Source: Nemertoderma westbladi (lineage: Eukaryota; Animalia; Xenacoelomorpha). Taken from it: a stretch of DNA of 64,000 nt. This document shows, one piece after another, positions 12,105-26,080 of the stretch. The notes under the pieces were generated by a model. The model did not search any database. It was not told where the DNA came from and saw only the letters and a program-made list of their open reading frames with translations. Positions within the stretch are counted from its first letter, which is position 1; each line of letters starts with the position of its first letter. A program made the position numbers and the translations under genes. The DNA is taken from the NCBI GenBank assembly GCA_032718475.1, contig JAUCBJ010008636.1, positions 1-64,000 on the forward strand. Direction: 5' to 3'.

Positions 12105-14608
12105 TTGGGGGGGGGTGGGTTACCTGAATAACGACACTATATTCCAGGACATGGTGTAGGTATTGTATTTTTTTCGAATCAAAGAGGCTAAAATTAAGAA
12201 GCACAAGCAATGATAGAAAGTTTCAATTAAACAAAACACTTTAAAACGCTTGTAAAATATATATTAAGGCAAAATTTAAGGTTTTGGGTCCGCCCTTACA
12301 TTGACGTTGTTAAATATTTATAGAAAAATACGAGGAGGGGGGGGGGGGCGTCTCCAGAAAATGGCACGGGGCATTGCGTAAGTTTATCATATTTTAGATA
12401 TCACATAATAGATTGTGTTTAATTAACTTTTCGCCATTATTTATATTCGCCATATTACATTGGCAATGTCAATGTAATACATGTACATAGATCTGATAGT
12501 TTGACCTCCCGAGTCAGAATTTTCATTTTCGCTTTTAATGTTTAAGCGTGTAAATAAATATTGCACCAGACGTACTGCAGTTATTTATCTATCTTATATC
12601 GATTAATATAAGATAATAGAACTATGCATGTTACCTTTTTTGTGTACTTTGCATGTTACCATTCATGTTAATTATGCATGTTACCTTTTTGTGTAATTTG
12701 CATGTTACCTTTCCATTGGTAAAATGCAATGTTACCAATTGTAAGGTAACTTGGCAACGATTGCAAAAAATATGTAATAAAATCTGGAATTCGTTGGGCA
12801 ATACCTGAGATTGGGCGTTCGAAAGTTGCATGTGTTTTTACTTCCGCTATATCCATTTATATTTTTTAATAAAGCCCAAAATTCTGGAACATATTTATCT
12901 CTTAAATAGCTGGCCCACAATGCAATATCGATATATAATAATACTAATTTATAGCTATTCATTAATAAACAATGTGTTCCAGAATAATAATTAGAGCTAA
13001 TGGCCTCCGGCGGTTTCAAAAACGTGCCACTTACGAACGCCCATATCCCTGCTATTTCGCAACGATATTCAGATTATTTGTAATCCCAGCTAATGCAACT
13101 TTCTTTCGGTATCAACTAACCGCTATAAGGTTAATTAATAACAGCAGTACGACTGGTTCAATATCGACGGAGACACTTTAAACAAACTCTTACCTAAAGA
13201 TTGAGACCGAAAATAGCTGGTCAGTGATTAAAGACATTAATATATTTCTTTTAGGAGATGGTTTTGTTCTGTACTTTTGTTTCGGTGTCTTTATTTTTTA
13301 TAATAGCTAATTAAACTAATTATGACATGATCTATTAAATACATCATCACCATTAATATAAGAACCTTTTTTGCAGGACGGGGACCCCCAGCATCCCCCC
13401 TCCTATTATTTTTCAAATTTCAATAAAATGATACCAAATTTGGTAAAGATATTAGTTCGACTTATTTTAGTCCAAGTCGAATTTTTCCATTTTCAAATTA
13501 TTTAGCTATAACCCGTGAAAAAATGCCTATTTAGCAATATCTAACCATCTCTTTTGGCTTTATTTGTCGTATTTGGAATGTAATTTAGATATTTTTAGAA
13601 CCGCTTTTTTCTGCAATTTCCAAATCTGAAAACCGTTTACAATTTCAGACATAAAAATTATTGATATAAATATAATGTCGATATATTTTTTATTACTAAA
13701 TTCTAAAATATTAATCACGATTAATGAATATATAGGATAGAGAGTTTTAAATGGTCACCTAAATAATAAATAACTAATTAATATTGTAGAATAAAACATA
13801 AAAAATACAAAAATATTAGAATTATGTAGATTTTCATCTCATAAAGTTATGCCTTTGAATTATGATACAGTAATATCTACGGAAGTCATTGGTGATATTG
13901 GAAACGGTTTTCAGATTCACAATTTGCAATATATAATTGATTATAATAATATCTAATTGCAATATTAAAGATAGTTAAGTTACCGGTATTAAATTTTATG
14001 GTCTATTCGTTTTTCTTTTAATTCATAGTTTTATTTTACCAAATTACCTTTTCGCTTCCCATAGCGGAAGGCCTGAAAGTGAAGTTCAAATAAAATTGCA
14101 TCACTGAAAAATGAACCGGGCATGGCCCATGGCCGGTTACAGGTGTCCGTGATGATCTGACCCACACAGCAGTAGTGGTATAGGCCTTCACCGCTACCCG
14201 GTACAGAAAAATCTCCCATTTTATAAGAAAAAAAAAGAATGAAAATTAAAGTAAATAACCCGCCAATAGATGATAAGAATGTTTCACTTGTCGGAATTCC
14301 GAGAGAAACTCAGGGGAAACGGCGATTTTTAGTATGACATTATCTTTTTCATGGAAAACAAATATTGATATTGTAATACAGTTATTATTTTCTCAGGATC
14401 TCTCACTGTATTGTTATGAAGTGGTAAATTAATAAAATTTACCGGGCAAATATCTTAGGTGGTGGACTATTTAACGGAGCATTTCATCCCGTTCTAGAAC
14501 TAGTTCTAATTGATTTGTCCCGATGGTAATAATTATAATTAAATATCCAGTCGTACCACATATCATTCGGTTGGGATAAATATTACATAGTACGTTTATG
14601 TATATTAA

Positions 14609-15314
14609 CCCTATTTTGCCCTGAGGATAATTTTAGAAATTTTTTTGTAATTCATCTTTGAGTCAGATTTGTTTGGAAAACCGGGATTTTGTGACTTTTC
14701 CTAAAATTTAATGGGCTATCCAACACCAAGCAAGCGAGTTTTATATAGAAAATGTTAGTTTTAGTGCTGTGGTCCCTTTCTGGCACCCATCTCCATTATT
14801 TTTCGTGCTACAATTTTCAAAAATTTTTATAGCTCACTAAAATTTATTTTTTGCACAGCGGTTTTTGGGGAAATATGATAATGAAAAATCACCACGAAAT
14901 CAAATTGATTTTATCACCATATGGGTTTTTGAGATGCTGATCACGAATATGACACAGAAAAATATCGTACCTTGTTGAATACAGCATTTTTGGATACATG
15001 TTAGTCAATGTGCTCCACAAAAAGTACAAGTACAGTAGCACAAATATGATAACAAAAATCATTACCAAATCAACCTGATTTTATGACATTAGGTGTTTTC
15101 TTGGACGCTGATCACGAATATGACACTCAAAAATATCGTATTACCGAACCAAATTCGATTTTCGCCGTCTGAAATGTTATGCTACTTGTCCCACCAGACA
15201 AGCACCAAAAATTATAGTAGCGTTAGGCCTACCAAGAATGATTTAATGAGTTATATCGTGATCAGCGACCTCGAAACCCCGAATACCCAGTAAAATAGCC
15301 CGGACCAGATAGGG
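14609..15314. mobile_element. piggyBac-like MITE
   Basis: TTAA|CCCTATTTTGCCC ... GGACCAGATAGGG|TTAA. An inverted homolog lies at 57444-58168. Confidence 0.8.
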
Positions 15315-17433
15315 TTAATATATGCTTATTACAGACACTGATAATCAGCTACACTTTTATTAACCTCCCCTTCCAGCAATCAGTTGGCCTTGGCCTATAA
15401 TATCATTTCCATAGTCAATATAATTAATTGTGTTTATTATTTATCGTAATAGCGCAGTTTGTTTTCATATTGCTAACCAGTTATCATTAGTACAGTTGTT
15501 TAATAATATTTAGCTGGTGCGATTTTTTTTGCGAAGATCTTGAAAGTTTGTAAAAATAACCATGGCAACTGAGAAGCAAGGTTCACTTTCATTGTAAAGA
15601 ATCCTTCTACTGTGTGTATAGTAATAATGTGATTCATAAGAACATGTTGTTAATACTAAAAGTGTTAAGAGCCCTTGTAATCAGCTGTTACTTATAACTT
15701 TATTAAACTTTATTATTGTTTGCTATTGAATATCTCCCTGATTATTTATTATGTTTGCAGATTTATATCATTGTGAGGAAAGGTTTGACTATAGGGAGGA
15801 CGTGGGGATCCATTTATTTCCAGTAACACCCCCCCCCCCCCCCCCCCCCCACAGTTATTATAAATTATAATATAGTGGGATAATAAGACTGTGATTATTA
15901 TCATCTTATATTATTATAATAATATTGACGGCCAAGTTCATTAGCCATTGGGGTTGAGCCTTTAAGTAATGGCTGTAGATTGGTAATCAGTTTGGATTGA
16001 AATGCTCTTTGAAGTTAATTTCAGACAAGGCATGAGGTAGTATATCCAGGTTTTCACCAGAACGCAAATGAAAAATTATCAATTTAAGCAAAGGAGCAGG
16101 TTACAGTGTTACGTTATTCTAACCAAAACAATAAACGAAACTCAATAATTCCGGTTACAGTTTTATTTTTGATTTTGGTAGTAATCAGCTGTTATTTGCG
16201 TCGATTTCTCCTGGAGAGGGATGAATTTTTATTGATTCAAATGTCCCCCCTATCTGCGATTTTGTGTATGATATGAAAATGAATCGAGTATACTAAATAG
16301 ATATTATTCGAAAAGTTAAATATTTTATAACTCCGTAGGTCGAAGAGGATGTTCATATATAACTTTATATGGCGGGTGATAATTATTTTTTGACTGGTGA
16401 TAATTCAGTTTCGTCCATAAGGACACATCATATTCCGTTAGGCCGTTAAGTTCGACCACAATTACCTTTTCACCGACTTTCTGTAAACTGTACCGGTACG
16501 TAACATCCCTTCGTTTGGTTAAGAGTTTGTTTATAGTTTGTGTATTAAGCCAATTATTATAGACTACATAATATGATACCAGCCAAATGATAATAAAATG
16601 CTTTTAAGTGATTAGACAATTAATATCCGATGAGGCTATCGAAACTAAATTGGTAAAAACTTATTAAGTACCTCTTATTGTACAAGTATAATGTTCTAGG
16701 TTATAGGACTTTAAGTTAATGGTTAATAACGCGCCAAACATAATCATAATTATAATTATTATTCTGTCTTATATGACCGTATTATCAACCATATTTTCGC
16801 GACAACTACCTTTCCTGCGGGTGGAGCTATTCACAAGAGCCCCTCTCCAACCCCTAATTAGGTATATTATACTACTGTATTATAGGTATTACTAGGGTCA
16901 TTAATACCTACTACACGTCAGTCGTGAATATTTAATATGATGATAAAGGAAGTGCAGCTGCTGAGTAGTGGAGTGGAAAGTACAGGCAATTATGTATAAC
17001 AAGCCTTCGGCGTGTCAGCTTCAAGCACTACTGCTTGGGATAATAATTAATTACCAAGTGGATTTATCGATGGCCTTACACTTCCAGTAGGATTGGTAGC
17101 GATAACTTCAATTAATTATACCTATTTGTGTAGTCATAAAGTAATATGGGTTTCTTTCCGAACAATTTCATGTATTCGAGGCAATCTATCATAAAACCCA
17201 AGGTAAATTCATAAATCTTAATTCAATCTGTCCTACTTTATAATACGACTAGGACTCCTGATGAAAACGCATACATTTAGTGAGGCCAACTTTCATTAAA
17301 TCGAATTATTGAATGGGAGAATCTTTTAGGCTCGTTAGGCCAAAGAATGCCTGTTTACGGGCTCCCTGAACGGACCTTACTTATCCTTTACCTTTAGGTA
17401 CATTTACTACAACAATAATTATACTTGTTTCAG

Positions 17434-17536
17434 GTTGTAAAGATGATGATGTTTGTGGTAATCGCTTTCATGCTTTGTTGGCTCCCCTATCACACTTACT
17501 TCATTCTAACTGCAACTATTTATTCTGCTTGGAATG
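17434..17536 (+). CDS. Tachykinin-receptor-like class A GPCR, TM6 exon
   Basis: Acceptor ttgtttcag, then VVKMMMFVVIAFMLCWLPYHTYFILTATIYSAWN, then donor gttagt in phase 1. Confidence 0.9.
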
Positions 17537-18349
17537 GTTAGTCTTTTACTCATTGTTTTACTCTTTTTTTTTATCAGAGAGAAATCGTCTATTAATAAAC
17601 CACAATTATCAATTAACCATGGTACATAGTATTACGAGGTACCTACCAGCACAAGGTAGGTGGTAAGATAGGTGGTAATACACTATGCAATGCACTGCAT
17701 GGCATCCAAATATCGAATAGCTTAGCACGTCCTATTGATATCATCACCTATCATACATTGAATATAGGAAGAGTGTATACTAGAGGGGTCTTAACCGCGA
17801 ATGATAAATCTATCGAAAATAGCCTATCTTTTTTATTGGCCCTTATTCATTTATTTACACGCTGATGTGACCCACTAAGGCCGAAACACGTACGTGGTTT
17901 GGAGAGATATGAATTTCATTATTAAAAATTTAGCGTTTCCTAAATTTGTACACTACCCGGTTAAAAGTACGCATATGTTTGGGATTATATTTAAAATACG
18001 TATAATATAAAATACAGTAAGCTTTTTGGAAATGCAGCTGCCAACACCTTTTTTACCACGACATATCATAGCTATAGCATTGCCGCTCCACAGCAGGAGA
18101 ATATGTATGGCATGGCATACGTGCAATTTACACATACCTTACATTGCACATCATCATTAAGACACACGATTACATATCAGTACATCTCATTGGGGGCAGT
18201 ATGGTATTGTCTTAGCATGGGAGGTACGGCAAGCATATGCGATGGTGTAACATGTCATGTCGTACTGTATTATGGCAAGCCAAACCACAGCATAACGAAA
18301 TGGTGTGATATAACGTGCGTAGCATGTCATGTCACAGCTTGTATGGTTC

Positions 18350-18625
18350 ATGTGAGGCGAGCCACGTAAATCGAGGTGATGCTTAGCGTAGGAGTATAAT
18401 TACTGTAGTGGACCCGTCCGTCGTCGTCGAAAACGTTTGAACGCTAATAAGTACAGGTCAATCTTTGATGAAATGGATCCAAACTTGGTACACACGTAGT
18501 CTATAAAAAGTTTAGAAATTCTACACACAGACAGAATTCTATAGTTCATCTGTCGGATGTCTAGATTGTACCTCTACGCAAAGGCTCATTTGGACTTACG
18601 TGCTGCGCGAAGGCCCCACGAACGT
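18350..18625 (+). mobile_element. Short degenerate copy of the Helentron-like repeat
   Basis: Starts GTGAGGCGAGCCACG, contains CCAAACTTGGTACACA, ends GTGCTGCGCGAAGGCCCCACGAACG as in the longer copies. Confidence 0.5.
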
Positions 18626-18633
18626 ATCATGTA

Positions 18634-19499
18634 CTACTACTACTACTAGGATCGGCATGCTGCATTGCAGCTGCATTTTTCAGAATGCTGTGCCGGCTTA
18701 TCGACAAAGTTGCACCACCACAACTCCCTATCACCCATGACATTTGCTAGATCATCCGCATCTTCAAGGCCAGTGTCCTTTAATATGCGTCTCAAGAAAG
18801 TTATGGGCGTCCACCATGCTTATTCACTCCATGAGGCTGCCAATGTACAAGATTATGCACTGGCTGATCCTCACGGCGAAAGCAATGTCCTGCAAAGCGG
18901 AGGCGATTTTGTTCTAGTGTCAAGCTTGGAGGAACCAATGAGATACCTCCAATGTTATATAGTGTCTGGTTGGAGATGTGTGCATTGTACTTGACACAAT
19001 GAACCCGGCGTAGCATTCTTGTGAATGTGCCATCCATAGATTTGGTGTCCTCAGCAGTTAGGCCCAGCATGGACTCCCATAGAGAAGTACTGGAACTACT
19101 GCTGCTCTAAATAATCGGACCTTAAGTTTCCGATTAATTCTCGGTGACTTCCAAATCCTGGAAAGCCTATTCAAGGCTGCCCATGCCTTTCCCTTACGTA
19201 TTCGAAGGTCCTCACCTGACTTCCGGATCCATGATCCCAGGTAACAGAAGTCATCCACATGCTCAAGCATACCATCTTTTGAGCTTATGCTCATCCGATC
19301 AGAGACTTGCTGAGGACTTTCAAAGTTAACTGTCAAAATTGTGGTCTTTCTGGAATTAATAAAAAGACCAACACTAGAAGCAGCATGTTCTAATGAGCTG
19401 AGGAGCCGTTGGGCTCCCTCTAGTGATTCTGAGAGTACTCCTAAGTCATCAGCAAAGTCTAGATCAGTTAGGTACAGTACTTGGCAGGATTTCTTCGAC
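18634..19499 (-). mobile_element. 5'-truncated RTE-like LINE, reverse transcriptase C-terminal part
   Basis: DLDFADDL, VDDFCYLGS, LLYGS..W and RLRFAGHC across a frameshift; (TAG)n tail; 12-bp TSD ACGTATCATGTA at 18622-18633 and 19500-19511. Confidence 0.9.
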
Positions 19500-19639
19500 A
19501 CGTATCATGTAACAGTTTGGTAATAGTGATAACACGTTATACCGACCAGGGCATGAAAGGACAGATATTGCATGCACATTATTACAACTATATGAAAGAT
19601 AAAATCACGGCATGTCATGGTACATGACATATCGTACCA

Positions 19640-20740
19640 TCCGTGGTACCCGCTTGAAATGTTCATCGCACATGCCAACGTGGGAGCAGGTCTATAACCT
19701 GGTACAGGCACTAGGGAGCAGCCTCCAGGAGACAATCACTGTCTCCTTATCGAAAGACCTCGAGGACACGATGACCGAGTATGTCCTGGAGGCATTGGAG
19801 GGCCATTTAAGGGCCCAACGTTCCGTGACCATCGGAACCCTCACATTTTACAGCCGTCGCCAAGAAGCGCGAGAGAACTTCGAATCTTTTCGGATTGCCC
19901 TAGAGGAGATGGCCGACTTTGCTGAATTATGCGAACAACATTGTCGGCCAACTCAACTCGCTACCCAACTCCTCGCCGGCTTGGGGAAATTCAGGAGGAA
20001 TTATTGAAAATTGTTATACGCCCCCAGTCTAGAGGACTGCGTCCGAATCGCAGATCCAACTCGACTCCAGCAGTTGAAGTGTCGGCTGGCACCATATATG
20101 TTTACCACAATTTCGCGCAAGGGGGTATAACACCGTATTCCAGATGCCCTGAGTCGCGCCCCTGTTACTGATCCCACCATCGATGATATAACAGATGATG
20201 GGAACATGAAGTATTATATCAGGGCAGTACCAGCGCAATTGCCATGATTAACACATACCTGGTCATCGAGAAACTCATATCTTTAGCCAATGCTGACCCA
20301 GACTCTGCGCCACAGGGATGCTACAATCCAAGGATTCCCCCCAACACCCGACACGATCCGTGGGGATGTTCGCCAAGAACTTACGACAGATGCTGACCTC
20401 GTGCTTTATAGCAATTAACTAGTCTTCCCTCACGCCACCCACAATGATACCCTGCGGCACCGTCATGCCAGCCACCAAGGCATTGAAAGAATACACCGCC
20501 AGGCGAGGCAGTGCATTTACTGGCCGGGTCTAACAAATGATGACAAACTAACGGTTTGTCAGTGAATGATTGTCTCACCGGACAACCACGACTACCTCGT
20601 GAACCATTTCTCGACGATGATAACTCCCCAATGCGGCCCTTCGAAAAGGTCTCGGACGATATCTATTTAGTTGGTGGGAAAGACGTTCTGGCCGATACTG
20701 TGGTTGGCGGTTGGCCAGGGGTGTACGCCTTCGGCATTAC
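19640..20740 (+). mobile_element. Degenerate Gypsy/Ty3 LTR-retrotransposon internal remnant
   Basis: Gag-like FYSRRQEARENFESFRIALEEMADFAELC; integrase zinc-binding remnant HASHQGIE...YWPG at about 20465-20530; MRPFEKVS; many stops and frameshifts. Confidence 0.7.
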
Positions 20741-21238
20741 AATTCTAGTGATAGAGCATTACAGATTAAATAACGTAAGTAACGGCTTGGAATGATACTG
20801 CATGTTACCTGCTTGGCATGTCACGGAATGGTCATTGGCATCATGTCTTGGAAGTCATACAACAGTATGCCATGACATGGCATGACATCCATGCTATGCA
20901 TTACACTTCGCAGCATAGAAAGGCTCTAAGACAGCAGAGTTGACATTATGATACGTTCTGGCATACAAAGACATAACGGTAACAGCCTTAATACAGTAAC
21001 ATGACAGTAATTTATTATTGGTGTTTTGGGTGAATAAGAAGCTTTGCAAAGCTGTGCCTAATGAAAAATATAATAATATGAAACAAATCATTCTCCTAAA
21101 ACACCGATAATAATAAATTATAAAAATATACCGGTCACATTTCTCTATGTGTGTAACTTTCCTGCCTAAATCAGTAGTTAGAGTGTTAATTAACATATGG
21201 CCGTTATTGTTCATAGTTAAGATACACTACTACCCTTT

Positions 21239-21885
21239 CATGGCCTTGGATATGGGACATGGTTTTGGATATGGGATATGGCATTGGATATGGGACATGG
21301 CATTGGATAGATATGGGACATGGTATTATAATATGAGACATGGCATTGGATATGGGACATGTCATTGGATATGGGACATGGCATTGGATATGGGACATGG
21401 CATTGGATATGGGACATGGCATTGGATATGGGACATGGCATTGGATATGGGACATGGCATTGGGTATGAGACATGGCATTGGATAGATATGGGACATGGT
21501 ATTGGAAATATATGGGACATTGCATTGGATAGTTATGGGACATGGCTGGATATGGGGCATGGCATTGGATATGGGACATGGCATTGGATATGGGACATGG
21601 CATTGAATATGATACATGGCATTGGATAGATATGGGACATGGCATTGGATAGATATGGGATATGGAATTGGATAGTTATGGGACATGGCTGGATATGGGG
21701 CATGGCATTGGATATGGGACATGGCATTGTATATGGGACATGGCATTGGATATGGGACATGGTATTGAATATGGGACATGGCATTGAATATGGGACATGG
21801 CATTGGATAGATATGAGACATGGCATTGGATAGTTATGGGACATGGCTGGATATGGGACATGGCATTGGATATGCGACATGGATG
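21239..21885. repeat. 19-bp minisatellite ATGGCATTGGATATGGGAC
   Basis: About 30 tandem units with small indel variants; lies in an intron of the class A GPCR. Confidence 0.95.
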
Positions 21886-22051
21886 ACATTTAGTTTAGTT
21901 TATGCCTGGAAACAGATGAACCAACATCGGGGTTGGTTACGAAATCGTGTATGCAATCATTTTAACTGCATTAACCATGAAATTGTTGACTACCCCACCC
22001 CTACAATACTTATAGGTCTAATGTGATGATTTCTGTATTATTATGTTTCAG

Positions 22052-22148
22052 AATTGTGGTACATCACTCATATATTTCTTTCATTGTTCTGGACCGCTAT
22101 GAGTAACTCTGTTATTAATCCAATCATTTACTACGTTATGAATCATAA
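22052..22148 (+). CDS. Tachykinin-receptor-like class A GPCR, TM7 exon
   Basis: Acceptor atgtttcag, then (E)LWYITHIFLSLFWTAMSNSVINPIIYYVMNH with NPxxY, then donor gtaagt. Phases fit both neighbouring exons. Confidence 0.92.
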
Positions 22149-22853
22149 GTAAGTCATTTTAAATAATTTAATGGAGGTAATTTAATTTTAATTGTTACCG
22201 TTCCTGAACTAGTATAAATAAATGGGTGGGATTCTTGGGAGATGGTAATCTATTTATGTTACATTCTGGAATGTACCAACAGTAGTTTGTACTGTATTAT
22301 ATTACAGAACAAATACGATAACCATCGCACCACTTTGAACCTTTCTGGAGGCACAATGCTTCTCTCAGCTTGAGACATACAGTATTATGCTGCTTCCAGG
22401 GTATGTAGCGGTAACAGGGACCAGTTCAGCATTAACAGTGACACTCCCGGTGACACTCCCAGGACCCTTTTAGAGTACTCATGCTGCAACCAGTAGGAAA
22501 ATAATAACCATACAGTAGTACTGTATGTACAGTTAGTAGGCCTAGATACATTTGTACAGTATAATTATAACGTGCTTGGCCCGCAAAACCGGACATTTAT
22601 CTCGGCCTTACACAGTAAAATTACTGCAACTGAACATAACACAATGGATGAAGATACAGTAGTAGACCTTCTTATGGTGTACCGATAGGCCTGCTGCTGT
22701 ATAGTGCTGTTACCCATAGGCACTGTATTAATTCGTATTTTTGTACCACACGTTCCAAATTTAAAAACTACTACTATAACAACATTATACTAAACAGTAA
22801 GTTGAATGAAAAACTATTAGATTAATCATTTTCATTTTTGATATATTTTTCAG

Positions 22854-23064
22854 ATTTCGAAACGGATTCCACAAGGCATTCAGGTGGCTGCCCTGCATCC
22901 GATGGGATACAGCTAACTCCGATCTGACGACAGCTAATAAGAAAAGTAAAAAACCAGCAGTGTCAATGAGCTCGATTCCTGCAACCGCCTCAAAAAATAA
23001 CTCTACCGTAATAATGCAATCTAACTCAAGTAATTTCAACGAAAACAAGCAATCTGTTGTTTAA
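22854..23064 (+). CDS. Tachykinin-receptor-like class A GPCR, terminal exon
   Basis: Acceptor atttttcag, then (K)FRNGFHKAFRWLPCIRW...NKQSVV-stop. Matches the tachykinin receptor helix-8 pattern FRxGFxxAFRW. Confidence 0.9.
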
Positions 23065-23341
23065 CTTCTTACTGTAGGTAATATTATACAGTAGGTAGGC
23101 CTATGTATCTACGGTATTACAGTACGTACAGTATAGCTTACAGCCAATCAAATGACGTGTCTCGATATTGTATTGTTCTTTGAAAAATAACATTTAACAA
23201 TTTTCGGAACATATGTGAGCCTCAAAATCCAACTTCTTCAATTCACTTAGAATGAAAAGAATCGCCCATTACAACACCCTGAATTAAAGTGTAATGCACT
23301 ATCATCTTCTTATGTTCTCACTACAGTATGCGATAATATTA

Positions 23342-24395
23342 TTGTGGGGCGAACCACGAAGTAATGTGAACTTTAGCCTATGGGTACCATTAATGAACCT
23401 GTCGATCTGTCATGTCCAATTTTGAACGTTAAAATTAGAACAACATCATCAATGATATCTAACCAAACGGTACCCCATAATGTAATCCTGGCGAAAGTTT
23501 AGAAATTTTCCTAGTTGAATTTAATTGAACAGCTAATTAGGTAAATAAGTTGATTGCGGTAAACAAAAAGCGGCATTTCAGCCTGTCCTTTCATGGAAAT
23601 CAATTATTTTCTAGTATAAGATTTAAATAATTATACTTAAAAATTATACAGCTGGAATCCCCGTACCCATTCCATTATAGATTTTATTAGTTCAAGTGAT
23701 TTACTTTAAAATCAATATGTTGTTTTAATTGATCTAAACATATTAACATATTAAAATGTCCCTTCTCTCCACGCTTACTTCCATCTCCCTCATTCCATGG
23801 CGTGCTTGCTATTGAATGGCTGGAAAACAGTCCACCTCACCGCTGCTATAGCAATAATTGTGCTATTGCCAGGCTGTGAACCTAGTGTCCCATCTCAAAG
23901 GGGGGGGGGGGGGGGGGGGGGGGTGTAATTATTACACCTATAGGACAGGCAGTGAAAGACGGCGTCAGCTTGCTTATTATTTAATTTGCAAAATGATTAG
24001 CTTGGCTATTGAATGGCAATTCTTTAGAATGATATTGTAATTAGCTAAGTAGGCCTAATTTCGTTGAGTCCTTGACGTGGTAAATTTATTTAATAATATT
24101 TCAGACTTTCAAATTTATACTACATCGGTATAGGTTTTAATATTTCTTACAAATTGGGTCGCCTCCACGCCTAAAATATATTAGTTTTAAAACACCAATA
24201 CTCTGTAAATACCTGCTTGTCATCAGTTGGGGTGCAGATTAAAACGGGGGTTGAAGAGGAGGAACTTTCCCCTTTTTGCTTAATTGGCGGTTTGGTTAAA
24301 TTTCTTAAATACCGATTTTGTGCTAGAATCGCTCAATTTAAATTTGTATTTCATAAGTTAGCTTCGTGCTGCGCGAAGGCCCCACGAACGAGTGT
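23342..24395 (+). mobile_element. Helentron/DINE-1-like non-autonomous repeat
   Basis: TTGTGGGGCGA ... GAAGGCCCCACGAACG; colinear with 2760-3230 and 4135-4295. Confidence 0.55.
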
Positions 24396-24983
24396 GTAAT
24401 TTACTTACAGTTTAAGGGTTAGGTATTGGTTGTGCCACGTATTTGGCGTAGCCATTGCAAATTGGTACTGTCAGAGGGGGTTATAATCATAAGTTGATAC
24501 TTAAAACATACAGTTATCTCACGTGCTGCTCAAAGGCCCCAATTCGAGTAATATATTATGTTAGTTAAATCATTTTCTACAAAAAAGTAGCAGTTGATCA
24601 AGATTGGGTTTTTGTCTTGCATTCTTATTTTACGACTATTTGGTTTATATTTTATTTAAATTTCCACTTATGTAATTTCCAACAATAACATATGCACTTT
24701 AGTAATCCCTGACAATCTTTTTCTTATTATTCCTGAGGGAATCCGTTCAGAGTAATTAATCTTGGCCTAATTTATTGTTATAATTTATTGCTGTTTGACA
24801 AATAACAAGATGTTATTTATTAATATATGTTAACATTAGAGATTATAACTGTGTTCTTGTATAATCATTTATTTGAATTCTTATGTTTATTTAACGTAAA
24901 ATCGTTAATACAAAGAATGTTAATTAATATTTTTATAAGAAATTTGATGGCATCGACGTATTGACCGTGATATTGAACCATGC

Positions 24984-26080
24984 GGTAACGCTTTGAGTGC
25001 TATTCGTGAACAAGCTATCAAGTAAACTAGACAAATTTTAACAATATACAATATACAACAATACAATAACAATACAAAATTTTAAAAATACTGTCATAAT
25101 GGTGTCATAGGAAATTCTGTGGAATTATTTCCTAGGAAATTATGCCCCGGCCATTTTTTACTAGTTGATTTCGTCCCCGGCCATTTCTCCTTAGTAAATT
25201 ATTACCCCCTCCCCCCCCCCCCCCCCCCCCCCCCGTAATGGGACCGTTGGCAAAACCCCGTAATTTCTCATTTATATACTGGTTTGAATTGCGGCCATGA
25301 CACAAACATTATTGAGGGAACACAAACATTAATCTGGAATACAAATATTTATCAGGGACACAAACATTAATCAGGGACACACATTAAGTGGTACAAACAT
25401 TAATAAGGGAGAAAAACATTAATTAGGGACACATATTAATCAAGGGCACATCATTAATAAGGGACAGAAATATTAATCAGGGTCACAAACATTATTGAGG
25501 GACACACATTAATGATGGACACAAACATTAACGAGGGACACAAACATTAATGAGGGACACACATTAATGAGGGATACACATGACTAAGGGGCACAAACAT
25601 TAACGAGGGACACAAACATTAATGAGGGACACACATTAATGAGGGACTTACATTAATAAGGGAAGCAAACATTAATGAGGGACACATATTAATGAGGGAC
25701 ACACATTAATAAGGGACACAAACATTAACGAGGGACACAAACATTAATGAGGGACACACATTAATGAGGGACTTACATTAATAAGGGAAGCAAACATTAA
25801 CGAGGGACACAAGCATTAATGAGGGACACACAGTAATCAGGGGCACAAACATTAATAGGGTGAATGCTTGCCAATGGATATTAACATGAGCGATGGTGAT
25901 GCTTGCCATCAGACGATAGACGATTAGATATTAAGTGATAAACTGAAAAAATACTACCATGGGAACGTGAGCTTCGATCAAAGTAGCGCCGCTTTGTATA
26001 CATTCTATCTACCTAATTAGATGGAAATTAATTGAAAGCGACGTTTGGTTACGTTGTTCAGCTGCCTGTTTTGCTGCTAC
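24984..26080 (+). repeat. 1097-bp segment duplicated at 47172-48268; includes a 19-bp minisatellite arm GAGGGACACAAACATTAAT (about 25298-25860)
   Basis: Direct comparison shows only a handful of differences between the two copies. Confidence 0.95.

Larger units (their letters stand above)
9750..12156. mobile_element. TA-flanked non-autonomous TIR element (Tc1/mariner-like)
   Basis: TIR CACCATGTCCTGGAATATAGT(GT)CGTTATTCAGGT at both ends, with TA on each side. Related internal sequence occurs inverted at about 59080-59460. Confidence 0.8.

Noticed and set aside
16707-16861. Candidate TM5 exon of the tachykinin-like receptor (…LSYMTVLSTIFSRQLP…)
   Set aside because: The Ile run comes from an ATT/ATA simple repeat, Pro-Tyr spacing does not fit TM5, and the donor phase does not match the phase-0 TM6 exon.
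21147-22026. Many overlapping His/Cys/Pro/Trp-rich ORFs
   Set aside because: Translation artefacts of a 19-bp intronic minisatellite whose unit is not a multiple of three.
25298-25860. Regular short repeats resembling a CRISPR array (also 49620-50112 and 61590-64000)
   Set aside because: Head-to-tail units with no unique spacers, no cas genes, and a eukaryotic context.
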